IMG/VR virus record: IMGVR_UViG_3300033070_001161
Location: 17,222-81,221 of that record
DNA length: 64,000 bases
Origin: a virus
Lineage: Duplodnaviria; Caudoviricetes
Reading direction: 5' to 3' (one strand)
Part shown: positions 11,516 to 21,840 of the stretch, one piece after another
Layout of the letters: the number at the start of each line of letters is the position of its first letter
How positions within the stretch are numbered: the stretch's first letter is position 1
Position numbers and translations under genes: made by a program
Notes under the pieces: generated by a model
The model's database searches: none
What the model was told of the DNA's origin: nothing
Seen by the model: only the letters and a program-made list of their open reading frames with translations

Positions 11516-12205
11516 ATGGCCTGTCCCAATATAAACTCTCCTCAGTGGAAGGATTTAGTAAGTAAAATAGGTGTATTTGAAGCAATGAGAGAATTCATCA
11601 AAAATGGTGAAGAAATCCCAGATGCTGCAAATTATCAAGAAACATTTTCAGGTATTAATGCTACGTTAAAAGTAGTAGGAGCACTCCAGAAAATGACAAG
11701 AAACTCGTATCCTTCCAATCAGGTACAAGGATTTTATAATGACTTGATAAAATTAGGTACACCTAAGAATCAATTAGATTTATTAAAAGACCATATAGAA
11801 AGGAATAATATAAAACAAATCAATGTTAATGATTTGATTGTCAGTATTTTATCTGAAATGAACTACACAATTGAAATTAATACTGCTACAACAAGTTTAA
11901 AAAGAGATTATGATGAGGGATATGAATTTTCTGAAGAAGAGTTAATGAGAGGTCCACAATCAGAAGATTTATTAAAAAAACCAAGACCAACTACATATTA
12001 TGCTAATTTAACTGTACCGGGAGGTACTAATTATACAGAAAATGAAATAGCTACACCAGCTATTGTTCCTTCTATTAAAGGACATGCTCAATTTTCTACA
12101 GATAATGGTATTGGATGGTTTCGTTCAGATGACAAACATCCCTTTACAGGATTTTTAGAAGATTTAATTGCTTCGGGAACAATAAAAAAAGCACCTTGCG
12201 AATAA
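11516..12205 (+). CDS. N-terminal part of a large virion/ejection protein (probably a split gene)
   Basis: 229 aa ORF directly after the RNAP. It ends shortly after PSIKGHAQFSTDNGIGWFRSDD, a segment I recall being followed by TRRILExQSDLFQ in similar phage proteins; that motif is at the start of ORF 12693. Confidence 0.7.
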   Translation: MACPNINSPQWKDLVSKIGVFEAMREFIKNGEEIPDAANYQETFSGINATLKVVGALQKMTRNSYPSNQVQGFYNDLIKLGTPKNQLDLLKDHIERNNIKQINVNDLIVSILSEMNYTIEINTATTSLKRDYDEGYEFSEEELMRGPQSEDLLKKPRPTTYYANLTVPGGTNYTENEIATPAIVPSIKGHAQFSTDNGIGWFRSDDKHPFTGFLEDLIASGTIKKAPCE

Positions 12206-12690
12206 TGAAAACAGGAATATATAAAATAGAAAATAAAATAAATGGTAAATTTTATATAGGAAGTGCTGTACATTTCTATAATAGAAAATCTGACCATTTT
12301 AGAAGATTAAGATTAGGTATTCATAAAAATACTCATCTTCAAAATTCTTATAATAAATACGGCAAAGAAATTTTTACAATGTTTTTAATAGAAGAATGTA
12401 TTAAAGAAGATTTACCTATAAAAGAACAATATTATATTGATACTTTAAAGCCTGAATATAATATTTGTTTAAAAGTAGAAGGAAGATGGGGTTTAAATCA
12501 TACAGAAGAAGTTAAATCTAAAATTTCAGATTCTGTAAAAAAGTTTCATAGAGAAGTTGGACATTCTGAAGAGACTAAAAGTAAAATTGCTAATGCCTTA
12601 AAAGGTAGAAAACAATCTTCAGAAACTATTGAAAAACGTAGACAAGCTAATATTAAAGCTTGGGAACTTAAAAAATTAAACAATAATTAA
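12205..12690 (+). mobile_element. Free-standing GIY-YIG homing endonuclease gene with NUMOD3-type repeats
   Basis: GIYKIENKINGKFYIGSA, a conserved R and E, PEYN, and HTEEVKSKIS / HSEETKSKIA repeats. The ATG at 12205 overlaps the upstream stop (TAATG). Confidence 0.9.
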
Positions 12691-12692
12691 CT

Positions 12693-15600
12693 ATGGCTTG
12701 TTACGAATATAAAGGTGTAAAATATACCGAAGAAGATTTAGTAAAATTATTACAATCCCAGCAACTAAAAACAAGACGCATTTTGGAGCTCCAGTCAGAT
12801 TTATTTCAGAAAGGTAGGGATGAAAAAAAAGCACTTGCTTGGAATAGATATATTTTAGATAATAAAGGTGATGTTATAGGAGAAAATCCCAATTTTCAAT
12901 CAGAACAAGATTTTTTAAATTTACTTAGAAAAGACAATAACTGGGTAACATTCTTTGTTAAATCTATTATACAAGATAGTGCTAAAAAAGGATATGAAAA
13001 AGTGTTATTTCCTTCTGGAAATACAGCTAGTAAAGTAGAAGGTCATACTACTTTAGAAGAATTTAAGAAACAGAAAGAAAATAGGATTAAAAAACTTGAA
13101 AAACAAAGACTGGCTTTAGAAGATGAAGCAGAAAACAATACCGCTGTAGATTCTGATGGTGGTGAATATGATTATACAGAGGAATTTGAGAATATTGACA
13201 CCGAGATTTATCAACTTAAACAAGAACTTAAAAGAATAGAAGAGGAGGGCTTTGGTGCATTATTACCTATTTTCAAATTTTATGAAGAAACAGTAACCAA
13301 TGTACTCAAAAAACAAGGATACAATCCTACTCAAATCACTGATGAATATGGTAATACATGGAATGAAGTAGAAATAAATGAACTTGCAAATAACACTATA
13401 TTATTTCAAAAACAGGGAATAAAACAATCTAAAGCATCTGCAAAAACGATAGCTAAGGTAAAAGAATTCCTTAAAAGAATAGGCGTAGACATACAAGCCC
13501 TCGATACAGAACGATATGGAGGTATTAATGGTGTTGCCAATTTCTTAGAAGGATTCATACAACTTGCAGAGGGTAAAGAAGATGTTGCTATCACTGAAGA
13601 AGCAATGCACTTTCTTGTAGAAATATTAGAACTTACCAATCCTACATTATTCAAACAAATGATGAATAAGATAGGTAAGTATAACGTATTCTCAAAAGTA
13701 ATGAAATTATATTCACAAGACTCTGAATATCAAACAGATGGAAAACCTGATATTCTTAAGCTTAAAAAAGAAGCTATAGGTAAACTCCTTGCTGAATATT
13801 ATATACAGTCTGAAGATGGTCAATCTGAAGCTCCTGATTTGATGATTCAAACAAAATCATGGTGGGAGCAGATCATTGACGCTATTAAGAAATTCCTGAA
13901 AATTGCAGATTTTAATCCTTTCCAAGAAGCATTAGATAGTTTTAATGACTTAAATAACACAAATTCACCTACAAAAATATTAGCTAAAAGGATATTAGAT
14001 AGTTTGTCAGATGACAATATGTTTAAAAAAGCCATTAAAGATACATACGATAATGGTGATTATAAAGCTGTAGTAACAACCTTCTATCAACAACTTACAG
14101 ATAAGTCAGTATTTGGTATGAGTCCTTATGAATCCACTGTAAAAATGCTTGGTGGAAATGAAGAATTGGCTAAAGATATTATATCTTTAGGTAATCCTTT
14201 TTATCAATTATCTGAAGAAAAAAGAAAAAAACAGCAAGAAATTGCAAATTCTTTCGATCAAAAACTTAAAGATTTTGAGATAAGGAAAGTGACAGGTAAA
14301 GCTGAATTTGAAGAGCAAGATGATATAAACTACTATGAGCGTAAAAGAGATGGTAAGATAGGTAAGGTGGCAAAGCGTGTAACGGATTTTGTTAAAGAAA
14401 CAAAACGTCCCGATGTTCTTGCAAAATTTGAAAATGCTTCAGCCAAAGAAAAGAATACATATAAACAAAAAGCAGAATATGGTACAGCATTTCACAATGA
14501 TGCTGAATCAATTATAAAAGCATCCCTCACTTCTGATGGATATTTAAAACCTATTGATCAGATTAATGTAGATGCTATCACTCCAAATCTTCCTCAAGCT
14601 GGATTTTTGGCATTAAAGAACTATCTAGTTGGTGAAATAGACAATGAGGGTAATATCATTCCGGGTATATTATATACACAATTTCCAACAGGAACTCTCT
14701 TCAAAGTCGAGCAAATTATCTACGATGAAAAAAGAGACGTTGCTGGAACAATTGATCTTATGGGTATCACTCCCGAAGGTAAGATAATGATATATGATTG
14801 GAAAACCAAATTCCTTGATACAAAGAAATTTGACGATGTTCCTTTCTATTCTCAGGCGGATTATAGAATACAGCTTGCTCAGTATAAAGCAATGATGTAT
14901 AGATATGGATTAAAACCTAAAGAGGACGTTATTGTAGCTCAGGCAATTCCTATCGTATATAAAGGTAAGATAGACTCTTTAAATGGGGATGTCACCCTTA
15001 CAGATATAATATTTCCAGAAATAGATATAAAACAAGAAACTAGACGTTACCTTCTTCCTGTACCTATTGCTGAACAATCTTCAGGAAATACAAAAGTAGA
15101 CCAATATATTGATGCACTTAACCAATTATATCAGGTTTTGTACAAACAAAAAGATGTAAATAAAGAGCTTAAAAATGAGCAATTAAATGCAATTTCTGGT
15201 GCAATTCGTGAATTACAGGTGAAACAAGAATTTGGTCCTCTTGCAGAACAAGGACTTATTTTCTTAAAAAGTGCAGAACGTGTTATAGAAGATATAAACA
15301 CTCAACTGAAAAATGAAGATGGTACTTATAAGGAAATTGATCCTAAACAAGTAGATGAGTATTCAAAAAAACTGAAACTTATAAACGACAATATCCACAA
15401 ATATCAGTCTACTTATCAGTTATTCGATGAATTATATGGCGATAAAAATCTTACAGAATATCAGCAGGAAACCTATAATAAATTAGAAAGATTATCATTG
15501 GATAGTGGTAAGATTGCATCTAAAATTAATACGGAATATATAAATTTTGTTAAGCAATATTATACGTCAAAAGAAGGACTTGATATATTAAAGACAGAAA

Positions 15601-18263
15601 AACCAATTCAAGGTTTACTGGATAGGTCTATTCAAAGCTTATCTCGAATGCAAAATGTTGCTCTCCAATATCTTAGGAGTGTTACAGCTAGAGCAAACTT
15701 TCAAAAGCAAAGAGATGCAATAAAAAGACAGGAAGAACTTAGAAAATTACTAGATGCTTTCAAAAAAACAGCTCAGGCTAGAGGATTATCTCCTACAAAA
15801 TATTTTACACTCCTTGTCAGTAAGAACAAGAAAGGTGATCCTATGAACCAACTTATTAAAAAAATTAAGACTGAGTTCTATACAGAATTTGAAAAAGCAA
15901 CAAAAGACGAACCTGATATAAACTGGATAAAACAAAATATAGACCTTGATAAGTATATTGAGGATAAAGAAAAAGTTATTCAGAAAATGTTTGATCAGAT
16001 TGATGCTAGTATATATAGTTCTAATTCTAAAGAGGACGCTAAACGCAAAGAGGAAAAGAAAGAAGATATTATCAAAATGTATTCTTTCGACACTCCAAAT
16101 GCGTTAGGGTGGTATAGGCAAGACCTCAAATATTATATAAAGGATGAGAGTAAATGGGAAACAGATGAATATAAACAAATGTCTAAGGATAAATCTATTT
16201 TAGACTTATACGATTTTATCATAAAGCTCAATAAGGAAGCTAAAGATATGGGATATCATGATGACAAAACATCGTTGAGATTTCTCCCTTGGATGAGAGC
16301 CTCTATGCTCGACAGAATACGTACTTCTGGACTGTCAGCAATAGGCGATAGCATGGAATATCTATATAAACTTACTCCTGAAGAAGAAATCAGCTATTCT
16401 AAGGTTGATCCTAACACTGGAACAATTGAGAAATCTATTCCTGCATTTTTTACAAAAAACTTTGCTCCTGAAATAAGAGATGCTGATGGAAACATAGAAG
16501 GATATGATTTATCAGATGTATCTACAGATTTAGGAGAAACCCTACCTATGTATATAGAAGCTTTATATGAATTTAAATCTTTATCAGATATTGAACAATC
16601 TGTAAAAGCTGTACGTGACGTAGAAGCCGCTAAAAAAGCGTTCCTTTTAGATGAAAAGGGTAGAATTGTTAAGGAAAAAGGAACAAATATAAACAAATTA
16701 GCTAATGATAATGAGGCAAATGTAAAACTCTATGATAGTTTTGTAGAGGCTATTTTATATAAAAGAACATATGATAGTACAGCAAATCTGTCTACAGGGG
16801 CTACAAAAACCATCGAAAAAATGAACCAATACTTCAGATTGAAGGTGTTTGGTTTAAACATATTTACTCCAATCACCACATTTATTGGTGGTAATTTACA
16901 AGCTCTTATAAATTCAAGAAAGCTTTGGAGAGGACAGCAATTTTTAAAAAATGAAATGAAAATTGTCGGTAATCTGTTTAAAGGGGAAGAAGGTAATATA
17001 GAAAAAGGACTTATTGATTACTTTATACCTTTTACTGAAAATAGGGCAAAACTGAATGCGGAAAGAATGTCTTTTGAGAAAATTCAAAGATTTTCATTTT
17101 CTGATTTCATCATGGCTCCTATTAGAAAGACGGATATAATGGTACAAATGGCTACATCTCTTACAATGCTTGAAAATACAGTGTTGATTGATGGTGAATT
17201 AGTAAATGCTCGTGAATATATCCTTAACAGTAAAGAATATAGAGATCGCTATAAAGACTCATCTCAGTTAAAATCTTTAGAAAAAGACTTTGAAAAGAAA
17301 GTTAAAGAACTCGTTGATTCTAAAGGAGTTATGAAGTTTGCTAAGTTTAATAAGGACGGTCTTCTTGAAATAGAAGGAGTGTCAAGAGATTCTGATACTG
17401 TTAATAGATTGAGGCTCAGGATGTTAGATGAAATTAAAAATCTTACAGGTAACTTAACAGAAGAAGACAAACGAGATGCAGATAGAAACATTCTCCTCAA
17501 ATCAATGATGATGTTTAAAAACTGGATTCCTAGACTTGCTGCTGTAAGATTTGGAGATTTACAGAAAAATATTGATGCTAACCAATATGAAATGGGTAGG
17601 GTGAGAATGGTATATCAAGTGATCAAAAATGGAGACGGGGGGTGGATAAAAGGACTTACTAATGGTATACGTGATCTTAGAAATATGGTGGCAGGTAATG
17701 AGGAAGGTCTTAAAGTCCTTGCAAAATACTATGAACGTACTGCTGAAAGTTATAAAAATAAGACAGGAAATGATCTAGAAATGACTCCCGAAGAATTCTA
17801 TGATATGACTCGTAGGGCTATAGAACAAACAGCAAAAGATGCTGCTCTTTTAGCTACATTTATGACTATGTTTATTTATGCAAAATCAACACCACCCGAT
17901 GATGATGATAGTGATGAAAATAAGAATTTTTATAAAATTTCTGTAAGAATGCTGGATAAACTGACAGATGAGATTTCATTCTATTATAATCCTCTTTCAT
18001 TACAACAGATTTCTACAGGTTCTTGGATGCCGTCTATAGGTATATTAACAGACGGTATTAAGTTTTCAGGAAGTCTTATAAAAGAGGTGGGTGGACGTAC
18101 ATTTGGTGTAGAAAAATGGGAAGAAACTGCACATCCCACTAAGAATTTTTTAAATATGATCCCTATAGCTAATCAGTTTTTTAAGACATTTATACCAGTT
18201 ATTAACCCTGATATAGCTAAAGATTTGGATATACGAGTATCTACAGAATCTCGTAGAAACTAA
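12693..18263 (+). CDS. Large virion/ejection protein with zincin-like and PD-(D/E)xK nuclease domains
   Basis: 1856 aa. Contains RRILELQSDLFQKGRD, a zincin-like TEEAMHF, GTAFHN...VEQIIYD...VAGTIDLM...IYDWKT (PD-(D/E)xK), and a long helical C-terminus. It sits next to the RNAP, as in crAss-like giant-gene clusters. Confidence 0.8.
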   Translation: MACYEYKGVKYTEEDLVKLLQSQQLKTRRILELQSDLFQKGRDEKKALAWNRYILDNKGDVIGENPNFQSEQDFLNLLRKDNNWVTFFVKSIIQDSAKKGYEKVLFPSGNTASKVEGHTTLEEFKKQKENRIKKLEKQRLALEDEAENNTAVDSDGGEYDYTEEFENIDTEIYQLKQELKRIEEEGFGALLPIFKFYEETVTNVLKKQGYNPTQITDEYGNTWNEVEINELANNTILFQKQGIKQSKASAKTIAKVKEFLKRIGVDIQALDTERYGGINGVANFLEGFIQLAEGKEDVAITEEAMHFLVEILELTNPTLFKQMMNKIGKYNVFSKVMKLYSQDSEYQTDGKPDILKLKKEAIGKLLAEYYIQSEDGQSEAPDLMIQTKSWWEQIIDAIKKFLKIADFNPFQEALDSFNDLNNTNSPTKILAKRILDSLSDDNMFKKAIKDTYDNGDYKAVVTTFYQQLTDKSVFGMSPYESTVKMLGGNEELAKDIISLGNPFYQLSEEKRKKQQEIANSFDQKLKDFEIRKVTGKAEFEEQDDINYYERKRDGKIGKVAKRVTDFVKETKRPDVLAKFENASAKEKNTYKQKAEYGTAFHNDAESIIKASLTSDGYLKPIDQINVDAITPNLPQAGFLALKNYLVGEIDNEGNIIPGILYTQFPTGTLFKVEQIIYDEKRDVAGTIDLMGITPEGKIMIYDWKTKFLDTKKFDDVPFYSQADYRIQLAQYKAMMYRYGLKPKEDVIVAQAIPIVYKGKIDSLNGDVTLTDIIFPEIDIKQETRRYLLPVPIAEQSSGNTKVDQYIDALNQLYQVLYKQKDVNKELKNEQLNAISGAIRELQVKQEFGPLAEQGLIFLKSAERVIEDINTQLKNEDGTYKEIDPKQVDEYSKKLKLINDNIHKYQSTYQLFDELYGDKNLTEYQQETYNKLERLSLDSGKIASKINTEYINFVKQYYTSKEGLDILKTEKPIQGLLDRSIQSLSRMQNVALQYLRSVTARANFQKQRDAIKRQEELRKLLDAFKKTAQARGLSPTKYFTLLVSKNKKGDPMNQLIKKIKTEFYTEFEKATKDEPDINWIKQNIDLDKYIEDKEKVIQKMFDQIDASIYSSNSKEDAKRKEEKKEDIIKMYSFDTPNALGWYRQDLKYYIKDESKWETDEYKQMSKDKSILDLYDFIIKLNKEAKDMGYHDDKTSLRFLPWMRASMLDRIRTSGLSAIGDSMEYLYKLTPEEEISYSKVDPNTGTIEKSIPAFFTKNFAPEIRDADGNIEGYDLSDVSTDLGETLPMYIEALYEFKSLSDIEQSVKAVRDVEAAKKAFLLDEKGRIVKEKGTNINKLANDNEANVKLYDSFVEAILYKRTYDSTANLSTGATKTIEKMNQYFRLKVFGLNIFTPITTFIGGNLQALINSRKLWRGQQFLKNEMKIVGNLFKGEEGNIEKGLIDYFIPFTENRAKLNAERMSFEKIQRFSFSDFIMAPIRKTDIMVQMATSLTMLENTVLIDGELVNAREYILNSKEYRDRYKDSSQLKSLEKDFEKKVKELVDSKGVMKFAKFNKDGLLEIEGVSRDSDTVNRLRLRMLDEIKNLTGNLTEEDKRDADRNILLKSMMMFKNWIPRLAAVRFGDLQKNIDANQYEMGRVRMVYQVIKNGDGGWIKGLTNGIRDLRNMVAGNEEGLKVLAKYYERTAESYKNKTGNDLEMTPEEFYDMTRRAIEQTAKDAALLATFMTMFIYAKSTPPDDDDSDENKNFYKISVRMLDKLTDEISFYYNPLSLQQISTGSWMPSIGILTDGIKFSGSLIKEVGGRTFGVEKWEETAHPTKNFLNMIPIANQFFKTFIPVINPDIAKDLDIRVSTESRRN

Positions 18264-18294
18264 CCTACAATAGCTTTAAAATCAATATGTTGTC

Positions 18295-18325
18295 TTTACT
18301 TTTACATAATTTAAATCTATATTTG
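18295..18325 (+). promoter_or_regulatory. Bacteroidota-type sigma promoter ahead of the HNH gene, probably giving a leaderless transcript
   Basis: TATATTTG (TAnnTTTG) at 18318-18325, four nt before the ATG at 18330. TTTA lies 19 nt upstream as an imperfect -33 box. Confidence 0.6.
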
Positions 18326-18329
18326 CAGA

Positions 18330-18998
18330 ATGGTAAATAAAATTATTTACAAAACAGGACAAAAATTAGGCAATTTAGAATATATCTCTGAAGTAGATGC
18401 TCATGTTCGTCCCAACGGAGGAACTAGAAGAAAAGCCATATTTAGATGCAATTGTGGGAAAGAATTTATATGTTTAATTGAAAGTATTAAGTATGGAAAT
18501 ACTACATCTTGCGGATGTTTAGTAAATCGAAAAGGCGGTAAAACCACACATGGACATACAACTAAGGTAAATAATCTAAGAACTACAGAATTTATTATAT
18601 GGCAGGGTATGATTGCAAGATGTGGTGGTTATAAAACAGGTAGAAAGTATAAACGTTATGCTGCTAGGGGAATAAATGTATGTGAGAAGTGGTTAAATTC
18701 TTTTGATGATTTTTTAAAGGATATGGGGTTTAGACCTAGTAAAAATCATAGCTTAGATAGGATAGATAATAATGGAAATTATTGTCCAGAGAACTGTAGA
18801 TGGGCAACAATAAAAGAACAAAATAGGAATAAATCTACTAACAGATTAGTTACTTTTAATGGTAAAACTCAATGTATTTCGGATTGGGCAGAAGAAATAG
18901 GTATAAATAGAGCTACATTATATGATAGAATTGAAAATTGGCCAATAGAAAAGGCATTGACAACTCCATTAATGAGAAAAAATAAAAATATCGCATGA
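18330..18998 (+). mobile_element. Free-standing HNH homing endonuclease gene
   Basis: Cys-rich N-terminus (CNCG...SCGC), WQGMIARC, and SLDRIDNNGNYCPENCRWAT, a common phage HNH signature. Confidence 0.88.
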
Positions 18999-21820
18999 CT
19001 TGTAATACTATGCCAAATATAAATAATCCATGTCCCATATACGTAAAAGCCAAATGTGTAGTTTATACAGGTGTAAACCTAGACTGCATAGAAGCTACTA
19101 CTAACGAACGTTTGGATTCGATTTTATCAAAGATTAATGATAAATTATGCGCTGTAGGCACTGGTGTTTATTTAACACCGGGAACAAATATATCTATTAC
19201 AGGAACTGGTACTGAATTTAACCCATATGTAATAAATTCAACATTTAGTGGGTGGAGTATTAATGGTAATAGTGATACTACATCTGCTAATTTCTTAGGA
19301 ACTACTACTTTACAACCACTTGTATTTAAAGTAAATAATACACATGCCGGATTTATTTCTGCAAGAACAGGAAATCCTGCTGCTGTATCTGGAAGTGTTA
19401 TTCTTGGGCAATTTGCAGGTAGAGATTTAGGATTAAATAATGGTGCAAATACTATCATAGGACATGGAGCAGGTACTTTTCTAAAATACGATCCTTCAAA
19501 AGGGAACCAAAATACATTCATTGGAATGTGGGCAGGCCATGCTACTAAATATCATAGTGATCCATTTGGAGGACGTAATGTATTTGTTGGTCAATCTGCT
19601 GCATTTAGAAACTACAATGGTTCTTCATTAACTTATGTGGGAACTTTTGCCGGAGAGTTAAATAACCAAGGTAATAGCAATACAGGATTAGGTAGGGACG
19701 CACTTCGTTCAAATATTGATGGTAGTTTTAATATTGCAGTGGGAGGATTGGCTTCTTTGTATAACACTACAGGTATTAAAACTATTGCAATCACAAATGG
19801 GGGAAGTGGGTATACATTTGCAAATGTAACTATTTCTGCTCCTCCTGCAATAAGCCCCGGTGTATATCAGGTGACAGCAACTGCTACAGCTACTGTTTCT
19901 GGTGGACAAGTAATAGGTATAACAATAACTAACGCCGGAGGTGGTTATTCTCTCCTTACAGGAGAAGGTGATTTTCATACAGGTATTACAGTAACTATTA
20001 CAGGAGATGGTACAGGAGCAACCGCATCTGTCACTGAAACTAAATCAGGAATAGGTAATACTACTTTAGGATTTGCTGCCGGAATGAATAATAATTACGG
20101 CAGTTATAATGTAAACATTGGTTATCTTACAGGAAATAGAACAGAAGATAGTTATACAACATTAGTAGGAACATCAGCAGGAATAGGATCAGGCGCACCG
20201 ACCACTATAACAGGAGCAATAGCAATTGGATATAATTCTAAAGTTTCCGCTGATTATACTATGGCTCTTGGAGGAACAGGTTCTTATGCTGTTAATGTAG
20301 GTATTAATACGGAAACAGCAAGAAAGAAATTGGATGTGGTGGGTGGAGATATTCTTGTACACGAGCATACAATAGGTAGAGGAGCAGGTTCAATCGCTAC
20401 AAATACTGTATTTGGTACAAATGCATTAACAGTTAATACAACATCTTCACCAAATAATGTTGTGATAGGATATGAAGCCTCTAATACAGGTAATGTATCA
20501 TACGGATTTAATACAATTTTAGGATATAGAGCAAATTATAGCGGTAGCTATAGTGGAGCTGCCAATACTATTATTGGTGCTGAAGCAGCTTATCTGAACC
20601 ATGCTCAACAAGCAGTTGCTATAGGTTTTAGAGCAATGTATACTCAAGGTAGTAATGGATCAATAGCTGTAGGTGCTTATTCTCTTTATAATAATGTACA
20701 CAATGGATCATCTGCAAGACAATGGAATACTGCTGTTGGTGAATATACACTTTATAATCTTGGTGGATTAGGTATTCCTCAAGTAAATACTGCAATAGGA
20801 GGATATGCAGGATATGGAATAACAGCAGGTTCTTATAATGTTGCAATTGGTTCATTATCAATGGGTAAAGGATGGAGTGGTGTAGGAACAGCAGGTTCTT
20901 CAGGTAATCATAACGTAGCTTTAGGACATGCTGCCCTATATTATATAAATGATTCTACAGGTAATATTGGACTTGGACATAATGCATTTTTTAATAGTGC
21001 ATTTGCTCCTACTATAGGATATAATATAGCAATAGGATATAATGCTGGTATTGATATCACCACAGGTAACTATAATGTACTATTAGGAGGATATTCTGGT
21101 GTTGACTACGCTACATTATCAAACTATATCGTGTTTTCTGATGGTGAAGGAAACCAAAGATTTAATGTAAATAGCTCTGGTAAAATGAGAATTTTCTCAT
21201 ATGGAGCAGGAACTCATACAGGAACAGCTACTTATAACTTATCTGTAGATACTAATGGTAATGTTATTGAAACAGCTATATCAGGAGGATCATATACATT
21301 TGAAAATGGGTTAACAGAATCATTAGGAAATGTTCATCTTGGAGGCGTTCTTATAGAGAATACAACTATAGACGGTTCTGAGAATATATATGATATGATA
21401 TTTGCAAATGTTGATTCATTTGCAATACAAGATACTACTTCTTTTGATATAAATACTTTAGCTAGTGCTACAAACGGTATGTCAATAAGAGGTAAAATTG
21501 CTATAAAAGGAGCAATGTCACCTGCTCAAATAACTTCAGATCAGAATAATTATTCCCCTACAGATTTAAATTTACATTCAGTACTTCGCATTTCTTCAGA
21601 TGCATCAAGAACAATTACAGGATTGGATATAGGTTATGAAGGTAGAATTATTTACATTTTTAATGTAGGTACAAATAATATTATACTTTCTAACGAAAAT
21701 GCTTCGTCTACCGCAGCAAATAGATTCAAAATAGGATCAGATATAACAATTGGTGCAGATAGAGGAGTACAATTATGGTATGATACTACATCTAGTAGAT
21801 GGAGAGCTGTAAGTATTTAA
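18995..21820 (+). CDS. Tail fibre / adhesin-like virion protein
   Basis: Cys-rich N-terminal anchor (CVVYTGVNLDC...ILSKINDKLC), many N-x-x-(I/V/L)-G-x-x-A beta-roll repeats, an inserted ITNGGSGY module, and a C-terminal QITSDQNNY...RTITG module. Confidence 0.8.
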   Translation: MTCNTMPNINNPCPIYVKAKCVVYTGVNLDCIEATTNERLDSILSKINDKLCAVGTGVYLTPGTNISITGTGTEFNPYVINSTFSGWSINGNSDTTSANFLGTTTLQPLVFKVNNTHAGFISARTGNPAAVSGSVILGQFAGRDLGLNNGANTIIGHGAGTFLKYDPSKGNQNTFIGMWAGHATKYHSDPFGGRNVFVGQSAAFRNYNGSSLTYVGTFAGELNNQGNSNTGLGRDALRSNIDGSFNIAVGGLASLYNTTGIKTIAITNGGSGYTFANVTISAPPAISPGVYQVTATATATVSGGQVIGITITNAGGGYSLLTGEGDFHTGITVTITGDGTGATASVTETKSGIGNTTLGFAAGMNNNYGSYNVNIGYLTGNRTEDSYTTLVGTSAGIGSGAPTTITGAIAIGYNSKVSADYTMALGGTGSYAVNVGINTETARKKLDVVGGDILVHEHTIGRGAGSIATNTVFGTNALTVNTTSSPNNVVIGYEASNTGNVSYGFNTILGYRANYSGSYSGAANTIIGAEAAYLNHAQQAVAIGFRAMYTQGSNGSIAVGAYSLYNNVHNGSSARQWNTAVGEYTLYNLGGLGIPQVNTAIGGYAGYGITAGSYNVAIGSLSMGKGWSGVGTAGSSGNHNVALGHAALYYINDSTGNIGLGHNAFFNSAFAPTIGYNIAIGYNAGIDITTGNYNVLLGGYSGVDYATLSNYIVFSDGEGNQRFNVNSSGKMRIFSYGAGTHTGTATYNLSVDTNGNVIETAISGGSYTFENGLTESLGNVHLGGVLIENTTIDGSENIYDMIFANVDSFAIQDTTSFDINTLASATNGMSIRGKIAIKGAMSPAQITSDQNNYSPTDLNLHSVLRISSDASRTITGLDIGYEGRIIYIFNVGTNNIILSNENASSTAANRFKIGSDITIGADRGVQLWYDTTSSRWRAVSI

Positions 21821-21840
21821 AAAAACAATTAAGATTTTAT

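Noticed and set aside
12196-12692. Group I intron interpretation of the GIY-YIG insert in the giant-gene block
   Set aside because: The ORF fills the insert, I found no P/Q/R/S core elements like those in the two real introns, and both flanks have their own stop and start codons.
484-17500. Many 60-160 aa antisense ORFs within the giant + strand genes, and similar shadow ORFs elsewhere
   Set aside because: They fully overlap long genes with clear motifs, have skewed compositions typical of reverse-frame shadows, and show no recognisable motifs.
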